64,000 nucleotides of DNA from an uncultured Actinomycetota bacterium (GCA_963789615.1 CAWBLI010000009.1:11892-75891), one strand, 5' to 3'. Counted from the first letter of the stretch, positions 19,047 to 28,925 are shown. Made by a program: numbers and translations. Notes: generated by a model not told the origin, from the sequence alone.

Positions 19047-19322
19047 ATGGCCATGGGCTTCTATTTCGGATCCGCAACCTTCACTGCGGATCAGTACGAC
19101 GCAGCGATCAAGCAGCTCGACGAGGCCGGCGCCGGCGCGCCTGCCGGCCGGCAGTACCACGTCGCCCTCGAGGCCGGCGGCAACATCCAGGTCTTCGACG
19201 TGTGGGACTCGCAGGAGGCGTTCGACGCGTTCGGCGCGACGCTCCTGCCCATCATGGCGGGAATCGGAGCCGACCCGGGCGCCCCGATGGTGGCCCCGAT
19301 ACGCAACATCATCAAGGGCTGA
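19047..19322 (+). CDS. Small hypothetical protein, ABM/dimeric alpha-beta barrel-like
   Basis: VFDVWDSQEAFDAF motif; GAAGGA RBS. Confidence 0.7.
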   Translation: MAMGFYFGSATFTADQYDAAIKQLDEAGAGAPAGRQYHVALEAGGNIQVFDVWDSQEAFDAFGATLLPIMAGIGADPGAPMVAPIRNIIKG

Positions 19323-19353
19323 CGACCCGCCCACTCCTTAAGAGAGGACGACC

Positions 19354-19728
19354 ATGTCTGCTTCTGAGAACAAGGCGGCGACCCAAGCCGCCTATCAGGC
19401 TTTCGCCAATGCAGATATCGACGGCGCCGCGAAGAACATCGCCGACGACATCGAGTGGATCGTTCCGGGCGGCAGCACCATCAGCGGGACGTACCGCGGC
19501 AAGGACGAAGTCGTGCAGTTCTGGCTGACACTCGCCGGCAAGTCCTTCACGACCCAGCCGGAACACTTCATCGCGGAGGGCGATCACGTGGTTGTCCTCA
19601 CCAAGACCACCGCTGACGGCCAGCAGTCCGAACAAGCGGACGTGTTGACCTTCCGAGACGGCAAGGTCGTGAAGTTCCAGAGCGCGGGCGACACCGCCCT
19701 GCAGGAGAAGATCTGGGGAACCAAGTAG
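19354..19728 (+). CDS. SnoaL/NTF2-like protein
   Basis: YQAF...DDIEW.VPG...GTYRGKDEV...FRDGKV. Confidence 0.88.
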   Translation: MSASENKAATQAAYQAFANADIDGAAKNIADDIEWIVPGGSTISGTYRGKDEVVQFWLTLAGKSFTTQPEHFIAEGDHVVVLTKTTADGQQSEQADVLTFRDGKVVKFQSAGDTALQEKIWGTK

Positions 19729-19752
19729 GCAGTTGACGGTACGGCTGCTCGG

Positions 19753-20289
19753 CTACCCGATGACGCGGTAGTCGACGAGCAGATAGCCGGTCGGTGAGGT
19801 CGAGGAACGGATCGACTCGAGCCGAATCGCGGGCAAGCCGTCGAGGAGCCTCCGCCCGCTGGCCGCGATCGTCGGTGCGATCACCAGCCTGAGCTCGTCG
19901 ACGACGCCGGCGGCAAGGAGCGTCTGGGCGACCGAGATGCTGGCATGCACGCCGATGTCGGCTCCGGGTCGGTTCCTCAGACTCCGTACGCACTCGACCA
20001 GGTCGCCGTCGACCACAGTCGTGTTGGTCCACTTCCGGTCGAGCGGCGTGGACGTGACGACGTACTTCGCGACGCCGTTGATAAACGTCGCGAACGGTTC
20101 GATGTCGCTGCCCGGCCAGAACTCCGCCCACTCCTCGTAGCTCCGCCGGCCGAGGATGACCGAGTCCTGCGCCGCGATGACGGCGCCGAGGTTGGCCCCC
20201 ATCGCGTCGTCCCAGTCGGCGAAGAAGCCGTCGGGGGACTCCGCGACTCCGTCGAGGGACAACAGCTCGTATACGACGACCTTGCGCAC
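19753..20289 (-). CDS. Dihydrofolate reductase-like (RibD C-terminal) protein
   Basis: SLDGV, ILGRRSY, KYVVTST, GVVDELRL.IAP. Confidence 0.88.
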   Translation of the reverse strand: MRKVVVYELLSLDGVAESPDGFFADWDDAMGANLGAVIAAQDSVILGRRSYEEWAEFWPGSDIEPFATFINGVAKYVVTSTPLDRKWTNTTVVDGDLVECVRSLRNRPGADIGVHASISVAQTLLAAGVVDELRLVIAPTIAASGRRLLDGLPAIRLESIRSSTSPTGYLLVDYRVIG

Positions 20290-20447
20290 GTCAGCACCTC
20301 CGATTGACATGGACCCTGCTGCGTGGACGGCTCGGTCGACCACAACTCATCGGTGCGATAGCCGGCAACCTGAGTAGGCCTCAGGTTCGAGGGAAGCCTC
20401 GGCAGTACGGTGGCAGCACAATCCCCAGATGAGGCAGGTGACGCGAC

Positions 20448-20699
20448 ATGGCCGAGCTCGGGCCCTGGATGATCGCCGCTCACAACGCTGAGCAGGCCGA
20501 ATACCTGGTTCGCTCGCGGGCGGAACAACGCGGCGTGGATCTTGACAACGTCGAGGTGTCAGGTGGCACCGGCGGGATGTGGCTCGTCTCGGTGACCCTC
20601 ACGGACACCGAGAAGGGCGAAGCAGCGCGGCTCAGCGAGGACACCCAGGCGTTGCATCTCAACCTCCCGACGACGAGACCCGGCACGTCGGCCAGCTGA
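20448..20699 (+). CDS. Hypothetical protein
   Basis: 83-aa ORF with AGGTG RBS and plausible codon usage. Confidence 0.55.
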   Translation: MAELGPWMIAAHNAEQAEYLVRSRAEQRGVDLDNVEVSGGTGGMWLVSVTLTDTEKGEAARLSEDTQALHLNLPTTRPGTSAS

Positions 20700-20773
20700 G
20701 GACATCACCCGTCAGGTCACCGCGCGACGAGCCAGTCGAGCCGCGATGCCCCAGGGCCGGGGTGGCCGGGCGA

Positions 20774-22423
20774 TCAGACGACCGTGGGCTCGGGGACCGG
20801 CTCGTGTCCGGGCGCGGCGATTTCGACCCGGTTCCGTCCGGAATGCTTCGCCGTGTAGAGCGCCGCGTCGGCGAGCCGCTCGAGGCGTTCGGCGTTGGTG
20901 GCGTGCTCAGGGAAAACGGCGAGGCCAAGGCTCGCCGTGACCGCGACATCGACGCCGGGCAGGTCGATGTCCGCGATCGCCGCGCGGATCTTCTCAGCGG
21001 CAGCAAGCCCGCCCTCCAGACCGGTGTCGGGAAGCAGAACGGCGAACTCCTCACCGCCGTTGCGGCCGGCGAAGTCACTGACCCGCAGCGCCGACTTGAG
21101 CGCCGCGCCGACGTTCGCCAACGCCTGGTCCCCGATCGGATGCCCCAGCCGGTCGTTGATGGACTTGAAGTGATCCAGGTCGATCACCAGCATCGTCAAC
21201 GGCTCCATCGAGCGGGAGGCGTGGGCGAGCATCCGCTTGAGTGTGTCGGTCACGGCTCGCTTGTTGGGGAGGCCGGTCAGCGAGTCAGTGGCCGCCCGCA
21301 GCTCGGCGATCGCCAGGTTGCGGAGGTTGGCAATGACCGGTGCCGCCTGCGCGACGGACTCGCGGACACGGTCGTTGTCCATCGCCGCGCTCGATCCGGG
21401 CTGCGTCACGAGGACTGCACCGATCACCTCGCCGCTAACCGTGAACGGGGAGCAGCTCGAGCTGCCCGGGCAGTCGCCGCAGACCCCGCAGTTCAGCAGC
21501 GCCGACTTGGCGCTGTCCCGAATGTGCGTCCGACCGGATCGCACCGCCAGACAGGACCGGGGATCGGCATGCCGGAGCGGCTCGGCAAGGGATGAACCCA
21601 CAGTGAGCGAGGTCATGGCCTCGAGCCGGTCCGCGCTGTTGTTCCGGTTGAGCACCGTGGCATCCGTGCCAGGAAGGGCCCGCTCGAGGTGGTCCTTCAA
21701 CAGCTGGTGCGCCTCCACCTCGCTGCCCACCATCTGAAGAGCCTCAGAGAACTCGATCTGCGCGTTCTCCGGCTCGATGGCGCGCTTGATCCGGCGAATC
21801 CCGGCGAGGGCCACGGCAGCAGCCGCCAGCACGCACGCCAGGACGGATCCGAGGATCGCCCATCGAGTGGACGTTGATGTGGCCGATGCCTGGTGCTGAC
21901 CGCGCTGCGCGTCAGAGGCCTCACGCGCGAGCAGGCCGTCGACGTGGCCGGCCAGCGGCGCGAACGCGGCGTCCAGCCGAGCCGCGCGCGTCGGCGACGG
22001 CGTCTGCGAGCGGGTGGGTATCGGTATCAACAACGCACGGACCGCGGCCCACTCCGCGTTCAGCTGCCGAATCCCGGCCAGCTCGACCGGGCCGTCGCCG
22101 GCATGCAGCTGCTGAAGCCGAACCAGCGCGGCATCGACGGCGGGGAGGGTCACGTCGTACAGCTCGCGCTCTGCCTGGGCGACCTGGGTCGGGTCCGAGC
22201 TGAGCGAGATCTCGTCACCCTGCACCTGGGCCTCGTCGATCTGGCGACCGACCTGAGCGGTCGCCGACGCGGTGGCCAGCTCGTCCGTGACGATGGACCG
22301 TCCGACCTGGGTCGTCGACTGGATCCCGGAGAAGCCGACAACTCCTACCGCGATGATCGCAACGGCGAAGAAGACGCAGACACAGATCAGGCCAACGACG
22401 GCGCGCTTCGACAGGCTGCGCAC
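20774..22423 (-). CDS. Membrane diguanylate cyclase (extracellular helical sensor, Cys-rich GAF-like domain, GGDEF)
   Basis: Two TMs; TDSLTGLPN, DLDHFKSIND, RxxD I-site (RVSD), GGEEF. Confidence 0.92.
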   Translation of the reverse strand: MRSLSKRAVVGLICVCVFFAVAIIAVGVVGFSGIQSTTQVGRSIVTDELATASATAQVGRQIDEAQVQGDEISLSSDPTQVAQAERELYDVTLPAVDAALVRLQQLHAGDGPVELAGIRQLNAEWAAVRALLIPIPTRSQTPSPTRAARLDAAFAPLAGHVDGLLAREASDAQRGQHQASATSTSTRWAILGSVLACVLAAAAVALAGIRRIKRAIEPENAQIEFSEALQMVGSEVEAHQLLKDHLERALPGTDATVLNRNNSADRLEAMTSLTVGSSLAEPLRHADPRSCLAVRSGRTHIRDSAKSALLNCGVCGDCPGSSSCSPFTVSGEVIGAVLVTQPGSSAAMDNDRVRESVAQAAPVIANLRNLAIAELRAATDSLTGLPNKRAVTDTLKRMLAHASRSMEPLTMLVIDLDHFKSINDRLGHPIGDQALANVGAALKSALRVSDFAGRNGGEEFAVLLPDTGLEGGLAAAEKIRAAIADIDLPGVDVAVTASLGLAVFPEHATNAERLERLADAALYTAKHSGRNRVEIAAPGHEPVPEPTVV

Positions 22424-22519
22424 GTCAGCCTGATCCGCTCGTTACCTGGTCCACCTCCTGACCATCGACACAAATCGGGAGATTCTTCAACGATCCTGCT
22501 CGGCGATCCACCGCCGCAA

Positions 22520-23572
22520 TCAGGCCTCGGCGCGAAGCTTCCGGGCTGCCTCGGTCATCGCCGCCAGCTTGCCCGCCGCGGAGTCCTGCGGCAGGTACTT
22601 CATCCCGCAGTCGGTGGAGAGGATCACGCGCTCTGGCCCGACGACGTCGAGCGCACGCCGGACCCGGTCCACCACCACGTCGGCGCTCTCGACCTCCGGA
22701 GTCGACAGGTCGATTACACCGAGAATGATGGTCTTGCTCGGCAACGACGTCAGCACCGCGAGGTCGAGCCCGGACTGCGCGGTTTCGATGGAGACCTGGT
22801 CGCAGGCACACCCCTCGAGCTCGGGCAGGAACGAGTAGCCGGACGGCCGCTCGTGGATGATCGCGGCGTACCCGAAACAGATGTGCACCGCCGTCGTACC
22901 CGGCGCACCATCGAGGGCGCGGTTGAGGGCGTCGACGCCGTACTCCCGGGCCGGCTCGGGCCGGGCCTGCATGTAGGGCTCGTCAATCTGGACGACGTCG
23001 GCGCCGGCCGCGAACAGGTCGTGGATCTCGACGTTGACGGCCTCGGCGTAGGCGAGCGCCAGGTCACGTGGGTTGTGGTAGTGGTCGTCCTGCGCCTGCT
23101 GCGACATCGTGAACGGTCCCGGGACGGTCGCCTTGATGACCTGGTCGGTGTGGCCGCGGAGGAACGCAACGTCCGCCGCCTCGATCGGGGCGGGGCGGTG
23201 GATCGGCCCCGTGACGCGGGGCACGGGGTTCGGGTGACCGCTGCGGTCGAGCCCTTCACCCGGGTTGTCGATGTCGACTCCGTCGAGTGCAGTGGCGAAG
23301 TGGTTGGAGTAGCTCTCGCGCCGGATCTCACCGTCGGTGAGGATGTCGAGGCCGGCCCGCTCCTGGGTCACGATCGCCAGCACCGTCGCGTCGTCCTGGG
23401 CCTCGTGCAGGAACTCCGGTGCCGGCCGCCACAGCTCCTTCGCGCGAACCCGCGGTGGGAACCGGTGGGAGAGCCGCTCGCGGTCGATCAGCCAGTCCGG
23501 CTGCGGCATGCTCCCGACGATCGACGTGGGGAGCAACGGGAGTCCAGCAGTTCCAGTACGACATCCTGGCAC
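22520..23572 (-). CDS. Cobalamin-independent methionine synthase II family, catalytic domain only
   Basis: DGEIRRES, QIDEP, Zn ligands HIC / E / DCG; ~350 aa. Confidence 0.85.
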   Translation of the reverse strand: MPGCRTGTAGLPLLPTSIVGSMPQPDWLIDRERLSHRFPPRVRAKELWRPAPEFLHEAQDDATVLAIVTQERAGLDILTDGEIRRESYSNHFATALDGVDIDNPGEGLDRSGHPNPVPRVTGPIHRPAPIEAADVAFLRGHTDQVIKATVPGPFTMSQQAQDDHYHNPRDLALAYAEAVNVEIHDLFAAGADVVQIDEPYMQARPEPAREYGVDALNRALDGAPGTTAVHICFGYAAIIHERPSGYSFLPELEGCACDQVSIETAQSGLDLAVLTSLPSKTIILGVIDLSTPEVESADVVVDRVRRALDVVGPERVILSTDCGMKYLPQDSAAGKLAAMTEAARKLRAEA

Positions 23573-23628
23573 GGCGCCAATCTAGCCCGCGCGCCGAGTT
23601 GTCAGCGCGTGGTCGGGCTGGAGCCTGA

Positions 23629-24708
23629 TCACGTGCTGACAGATAGCCGACCGGGGGCATCGAGCGCTGCGGCGGCAGCGGCTTCCACCTGCTCCCGCGG
23701 GCCGGCGACGAACAGGTACTCGGTGTTGCGAAGATGCGAGACCCTGCCGACCCGCTCCCCGGATGGGTTGTAGATGCCGATCTGCGCTCCGACGTACCTC
23801 TTGCTGTCGTAGCCAAGCAGTCGGACGTCCTCGTGACCGGCGTCGCGGAGCCAGCGCGAGATGTCACCGGCATCGACCCAGGCCTCGTCGTTGTAGGAGA
23901 CCACGACGACGTCGGCCCTCACCCTGAGCAGGACGTCCTTGAGGGCGTCGGGCATCGAGCGTCGAACGTTGAAGCGGCTCTTCGTCGCTTCGTCCCGGCT
24001 GTCGATGCGCTTGCAGGCGATGCCGTAGTGCTCGGGTTCGTCGCCGCGGACCAGCGTCTCCCAGACGTGGTAGTTGGTGAAGTACCGGTGCTGGTTGTAC
24101 GGCGGGTCGATGTAGGCCAGGTCCACGTGATCGAACGACCCGACGAGCCGCTGCGCGTCACCGCGCAGCGCCCTGCCGGGTCCCGGCAGTAGGTCGGGCA
24201 CCCGGAGCTCGAGGTCGTTGTGGGCTCGCGGTGCCCACTGCTTGAGGTACGCCATCTGGACACCGGTCGTCGAGTCGACCCGGTCAGCGGCCAGCATCAG
24301 CGCAGTCATGAGGATGGGGTGCAGCGGCGAGTCCCGGTAGGTCTCGCGGAGGTGGCGAGCAATAGCGTCCACCCGCATCCCGTTCTTCGGCTGGAAGTAG
24401 CGAGCCTGCTCGCAGAACGTGCGGGTGAAGTACCCGCGCTCACCCGCAAGCCGCTGGAGGTCGGTGAGAGCCGCCTGCAGCGCGGTGATGTCGACCTGTT
24501 CGGCGTCGGTCTCGATGTAACAGCGGCTCAACACTTCGGTGTACGTCGCAGCGTCTGCGGCCGTGACGAAGATCCCGCGCCGCTTGAACTCCCGCGCCAC
24601 GCGCGTGGTTCCCGCGAACAGGTCGACGGCAGTACGGGCGCCCACGGCCTGCCCGATCGCCCCGAGCACCGGGACAAGCACCCGCTTGGAGCCGATGTAC
24701 TTGATCAC
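23629..24708 (-). CDS. DNA adenine methyltransferase (D12/FokI-like class)
   Basis: KYIGSK, DLFAGT (motif I), YIDPPYN (motif IV), VSYN. Confidence 0.9.
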   Translation of the reverse strand: MIKYIGSKRVLVPVLGAIGQAVGARTAVDLFAGTTRVAREFKRRGIFVTAADAATYTEVLSRCYIETDAEQVDITALQAALTDLQRLAGERGYFTRTFCEQARYFQPKNGMRVDAIARHLRETYRDSPLHPILMTALMLAADRVDSTTGVQMAYLKQWAPRAHNDLELRVPDLLPGPGRALRGDAQRLVGSFDHVDLAYIDPPYNQHRYFTNYHVWETLVRGDEPEHYGIACKRIDSRDEATKSRFNVRRSMPDALKDVLLRVRADVVVVSYNDEAWVDAGDISRWLRDAGHEDVRLLGYDSKRYVGAQIGIYNPSGERVGRVSHLRNTEYLFVAGPREQVEAAAAAALDAPGRLSVST

Positions 24709-24813
24709 GCCGATTTGCCCTCACGATCATTGACGTCGTTGCGAGCATGACGGATCAGGGGTCGGTACGGCGAACTGGAGCCACGTCGAGAACAGCAAGA
24801 TCGAGGAGGAACA

Positions 24814-25560
24814 GTGCGCGTCGCAGTAGTCGGCGGAACCGGGTTGGTCGGAAGCAACGTTGTCCGCTCCCTCGCCAAGGACGGCCACGACCCCGTCTCG
24901 GTCTCACGGTCGTCGGGAGCGGACGCGGCCACCGGCGACGGGCTGCGCGAGGCGCTCTCGGGCGCGCACGCCGTGGTCGACGTCATCAACACCGACAGTC
25001 TCGATCCCGCCGCGGCGTCGTCGTTCTTCACGACCGTGACCCGCAACCTTCTCGAGCTGGAGTCCGAGCTCGGTATCGGCCATCACCTCTTGTTGTCGAT
25101 CGTTGGTGTCGACCGTGGCATGAAGAATCCTCACTACGTCGCGAAGCGGCGGCAGGAGCAGGTCGTGGAGTCCGGTGGTGTGCCGTGGACCATTCTTCGG
25201 GCGACCCAGTTCTTCGAGTTCGCCGAGCTGGTCGTCGGCTGGACCCGAACGGACGACTCCGCGACAGTGCCGCCGCTGCTGATCCAGCCAGCAGCCGCCA
25301 CCGAGGTCGCGGCCGTGCTGGCACAGCTCGCGGTCAGCCAACCGCTGAACGCGATCGTGGAGCTCGGTGGTCCACGCCGCGAGGACCTCGTCGACATGAC
25401 GCGACGCGTTCTCGCGGCCCGCGGTGAGTCGCTCGATCTCAGGCCGGCCTGGACGTTCGGGCCGTTCGACACGGACATGGCCGGTGACGTCCTGCTCCCA
25501 GGACCTAACGCCAGGACCACCGCGACCGACCTGAGCGGCTGGCTGACAAAGCCGTCATGA
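24814..25560 (+). CDS. NmrA/SDR-like NAD(P)-binding protein
   Basis: GGTGLVG, LLSIVG, ILRATQFFEF. Confidence 0.85.
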   Translation: MRVAVVGGTGLVGSNVVRSLAKDGHDPVSVSRSSGADAATGDGLREALSGAHAVVDVINTDSLDPAAASSFFTTVTRNLLELESELGIGHHLLLSIVGVDRGMKNPHYVAKRRQEQVVESGGVPWTILRATQFFEFAELVVGWTRTDDSATVPPLLIQPAAATEVAAVLAQLAVSQPLNAIVELGGPRREDLVDMTRRVLAARGESLDLRPAWTFGPFDTDMAGDVLLPGPNARTTATDLSGWLTKPS

Positions 25561-25622
25561 CCCAACCCGTCGGCTGAACCGACGACACCAGCAGAGCGGC
25601 TGGCTCCCGGGTCACGCCGCCC

Positions 25623-25666
25623 TTGACATCCCGAACCTCATGGGTACATTAGTCAAGTAATGAACC
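25623..25666 (+). promoter_or_regulatory. Sigma70-type promoter (TTGACA-N16-TACATT) with YtrA-type operator GGTACATTA-N6-TAATGAACC
   Basis: Inverted repeat at 25643-25666 overlaps the -10 box upstream of gntR. Confidence 0.75.
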
Positions 25667-25705
25667 AGCAAACCAGAAGAGGCAACGGCTCCTCGGAGAC
25701 GCTCC

Positions 25706-26083
25706 GTGCTCGATGACGGCGCGCCGATCTTCACCCAGATCGCCGAGGGCCTGGCCGACGACATCGCGGCGGGCACGCTCGCGGAGGGCGAACGCGTGCC
25801 CTCGACCAACGAGCTCGCCGCGTTCTACCGGATCAACCCGGCCACAGCAGCGAAGGGCATCAACGTGCTGACGGACAGCGGACTGGTGGAGAAGCGGCGC
25901 GGCGTCGGCATGTTCGTCTCTGCCGGCGCCCGGGCGCGACTGCTCGAGGAACGACGCAAGGGCTTCGCCGAGCGGTACGTCGAGCCGATGGTCGCCGAAG
26001 CCAAACGCCTTGGGCTCGACACCGACGCACTGCTGGCCATGGTCCGTGAGTCCGACCATGTCCAAGGAGGCATCAAGATATGA
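25706..26083 (+). CDS. GntR (YtrA subfamily) regulator
   Basis: PIFTQIA...VPSTNELA...INPATAAKG...RGVGMFV; short C-terminus; heads an ABC operon. Confidence 0.92.
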   Translation: MLDDGAPIFTQIAEGLADDIAAGTLAEGERVPSTNELAAFYRINPATAAKGINVLTDSGLVEKRRGVGMFVSAGARARLLEERRKGFAERYVEPMVAEAKRLGLDTDALLAMVRESDHVQGGIKI

Positions 26084-26976
26084 CGCCGACGATCTCGGTG
26101 AGCGGCCTGACCCGCCGTTACCGTGACCAGCTCGCGCTCGACGACGTCACCGTCGACATCCAAGGACCGACGATCACTGGGCTGCTGGGACGTAATGGTG
26201 CAGGCAAAAGCACCCTGCTGCGGGTCATCGCCAATCAGGAGTTCGCTTCAGCGGGCACGGTCAAAGTTTTCGGTGCCAGCCCGGTCGAGAAGGATGCGAT
26301 TCTCCGCCGATTGATCCTGGTGCGCGAGGACCAGATATTCCCCGACTTCACAGTGTGCCAAGCGCTGCAGGCTGCATCCATGTTTTATCCCAACTGGAGC
26401 TTGGAGCTGGCCGAGACACTGCTCGCCGACTTCGACCTCCCGGCGAAACGGGCGATCAAGAAGCTCTCCCGCGGGATGCGCTCGGCCCTCGGCATCGTCA
26501 TCGGCCTGGCCGCCCAGGCCGAGATCACGCTGTTCGACGAGCCCTACGCCGGCCTGGACGCGGTCGCTCGCCGGTTGTTCTACGACCGACTGCTCGCCAG
26601 GTACGCCGAGCGCCCCGGCACGGTGATCCTGTCGACCCATCTCATCGATGAGGTCGCGGACCTTCTCGAGCGGGTCGTCATGATCAACCGAGGGCAGATC
26701 GTGCTGGATGCGGACACCGACGACGTTCGCGGCAGCGCCACCACGGTGAGCGGACCCATCGCCGCTGTGGAGGAGTTCGTCGCCGGTCGCCGGCTCTGGG
26801 ACCGCCGCCGGATCGCCTCGCAGGAAGCGGTTGTCGTTGCCGGAGCGCTCGACGAACGCGACTGCGCCCGAGCTCGGGAGCTGCATCTCCAGCTGGAAGC
26901 CCTGTCACTGCAAGAGGTCATGGTCCATGCCGCCGGCCAAGCTACGGCCGCGTCGCGAGAGAGGACGAACGCATGA
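26080..26976 (+). CDS. ABC transporter ATP-binding protein
   Basis: [21 protein letters not shown]. Confidence 0.92.
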   Translation: MTPTISVSGLTRRYRDQLALDDVTVDIQGPTITGLLGRNGAGKSTLLRVIANQEFASAGTVKVFGASPVEKDAILRRLILVREDQIFPDFTVCQALQAASMFYPNWSLELAETLLADFDLPAKRAIKKLSRGMRSALGIVIGLAAQAEITLFDEPYAGLDAVARRLFYDRLLARYAERPGTVILSTHLIDEVADLLERVVMINRGQIVLDADTDDVRGSATTVSGPIAAVEEFVAGRRLWDRRRIASQEAVVVAGALDERDCARARELHLQLEALSLQEVMVHAAGQATAASRERTNA

Positions 26977-27665
26977 GCACCTACGTCAATGTCGCCCGCT
27001 ACCACCTGATCCACCGGCTCAACTATCTGATCCTGCCCTGGGCGATCCTGGCCTTCGTCTTCGGTGTCGACGTGGTCATCATCGCTCTCACTCCGGCCGG
27101 CAACGGCTCGCTTCGTTACGTCGGCGGCCTGGCCTCGATCTTCATCCTTGCGTTCGTCCTCGGCGCGCAGACCGTCGCCCGGTCCCTGCCCTTCGGTCTC
27201 GCGCTGGGTCTCAGCCGCCGCACGTATTTCGTGGGGACTGCGCTTCTCGCCGTCGCGCTCGCCGCAGTCGTCGGAGTGGTCACGACCGTGGGCCAGGCGA
27301 TCGAGCGCGCCACCGGTGGCTGGGGGATCAACATGGGCTTCTTCCGAGTGCCCTACATCCTCAACGGGCCGTGGTACCTCACCTGGCTGACCTCGTTCGT
27401 CGCGCTCACGGTGATCTACGTGTACGGCATGTGGTACGGCCTCGTCTACCGCCGCTGGAACCTGCTCGGGTTGGTTGTCTTCATGGCTGCACAGACCACG
27501 GTGCTGGTCATCGGGACGCTCGCGGCAACGTGGAGCCACGCGTGGTATCACATCGGCCATTTCTTCACCGCGCTCAGCGCCGCAGGGCTCACGGGCCTGC
27601 TCGCGGCCCTCGCCGTCCTGCTGTTCGCCGGCGGGTTCAGCACCATGCGTCGGCTAGCCGTGTGA
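26973..27665 (+). CDS. ABC-2-type permease
   Basis: About six TM helices; translationally coupled to the ATPase. Confidence 0.8.
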   Translation: MSTYVNVARYHLIHRLNYLILPWAILAFVFGVDVVIIALTPAGNGSLRYVGGLASIFILAFVLGAQTVARSLPFGLALGLSRRTYFVGTALLAVALAAVVGVVTTVGQAIERATGGWGINMGFFRVPYILNGPWYLTWLTSFVALTVIYVYGMWYGLVYRRWNLLGLVVFMAAQTTVLVIGTLAATWSHAWYHIGHFFTALSAAGLTGLLAALAVLLFAGGFSTMRRLAV

Positions 27666-27676
27666 GGGACGCACGG

Positions 27677-28129
27677 TCACTGGGCCAGTGACTCGGCCAC
27701 GGATTCGTTGAATCGGCACATCAGGCTGGCGAGAAGTGCGACATCCGCGTCCGGCCACTCCTCGGTCCAGCGCGTCAACTGGCATCGAACTCGTTCCGCG
27801 TCATTCGCCAAGGCACGGCGTCCGGCCCTAGTCAGCGAGAGCGGGTCACCCCGGCGTCCGGGCCGACCGCCCGCGCGGTCCAGGAAGCCGGCGTCGAAGA
27901 GCGCGTTGAGCTGGCGAGAGACGGTTGACTTGTCCAGGCTCAACTGGTCGGCTAGGTCAGCGGCTCGAATCTCCGGGGTCGACTGGACCATGCTCAAGAA
28001 GGTGTAGCCCACGAGCGACAGTCCTGGGTGCAGGTCGTTGCCCAGTTCTCGCGATCGTCGAAACAGCGTGTTCAGCTGGCGGTAGAGATCTTCGACAACG
28101 TCATCTCGAGAGGTTGCACTCCGATACAT
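27677..28129 (-). CDS. MarR family regulator
   Basis: LDKSTVSRQLNALFDAGFL...LTRAGR; GGGAGG RBS. Confidence 0.85.
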   Translation of the reverse strand: MYRSATSRDDVVEDLYRQLNTLFRRSRELGNDLHPGLSLVGYTFLSMVQSTPEIRAADLADQLSLDKSTVSRQLNALFDAGFLDRAGGRPGRRGDPLSLTRAGRRALANDAERVRCQLTRWTEEWPDADVALLASLMCRFNESVAESLAQ

Positions 28130-28158
28130 GGCCCTCCCAGCACCTAGCCCCTCAGAAA

Positions 28159-28203
28159 GTTGACACCGGCAACTATAAGGGATAAATGTTGATCTAGGCA
28201 ACT
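28159..28203. promoter_or_regulatory. Tandem operators GTTGA-N4-GGCAACT (28159-28174, 28188-28203)
   Basis: Two near-identical GTTG...CAAC palindromes between divergent marR and usp; the first overlaps TTGACA. Confidence 0.7.
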
Positions 28204-28245
28204 TTAGAGGTCGGGCCGTTTGGCCCCGGTTGGATGGAGGTAGCG

Positions 28246-28710
28246 ATGAAGTCCCTGCAGATCGATGAGCGCGTCCCGCTGGTGGTCGTGGTGGGCTTCG
28301 ACGGTACCGAACCGTCGGGGCGGGCCCTGGCGAGCGCGGTCGAGTTTCTCGAGGAGCGACCGGGCCGGCTCGAAGTGGTCTTCGTGGCCCATATGCCGAG
28401 CACCGTGGCACTCGCGGCTCAAGCCGTCCCGGAGGTAGAGGCAGGCCTGGACGAAGAGGCGCAGGAACTGGCGACGGCCGCGGACGGCGTACTGAAGAAC
28501 ACCGACGTGAAGTGGCACTTCCAACGCCGAAATGGGGAGATCGCCCCGGAGCTCCTGGCTGCTAGCCAAGAGCAGCTTGAGTCCGAGGGCCCGAGCACGC
28601 AGGTCGTGCTGGTCGTCGGAGGTTCCGCCCACAAGATCGACAGGTACCTGAACTCGACGCCGGCCCGCGTAATCCGTCAGGACCGATTCAAGGTGATCGT
28701 GGTTCCGTAA
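28246..28710 (+). CDS. Universal stress protein
   Basis: VVVGFDGTEPSGRAL...VVGG...VIVVP USP pattern. Confidence 0.85.
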   Translation: MKSLQIDERVPLVVVVGFDGTEPSGRALASAVEFLEERPGRLEVVFVAHMPSTVALAAQAVPEVEAGLDEEAQELATAADGVLKNTDVKWHFQRRNGEIAPELLAASQEQLESEGPSTQVVLVVGGSAHKIDRYLNSTPARVIRQDRFKVIVVP

Positions 28711-28716
28711 CGGGAG

Positions 28717-28905
28717 GTGGCTCCAGTGATCCGCTCAAAGAAAGAGGTCCTCGAGACGTTGCGTCGTACCGGCACCTACGGGTTGATCGAAGGCAAGGAA
28801 GACAAGCTGCCGGACCCGGTGGACATCGACCGCGACGAGCCGGTGCTCGCCGAGCTCGGCATCACGCGGAATCTACTGATCGAGAACATGGGCGCGAGTC
28901 CCTGA
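28717..28905 (+). CDS. Small hypothetical protein
   Basis: GGGAGG RBS; LPDPVDIDRD...LGITRNLLIENMGASP. Confidence 0.65.
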   Translation: MAPVIRSKKEVLETLRRTGTYGLIEGKEDKLPDPVDIDRDEPVLAELGITRNLLIENMGASP

Positions 28906-28925
28906 CCGACCCAAACCGGTGTGTC

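Noticed and set aside
23629-24708. Restriction-modification or defence island
   Set aside because: No nuclease, specificity subunit or other defence genes are nearby.
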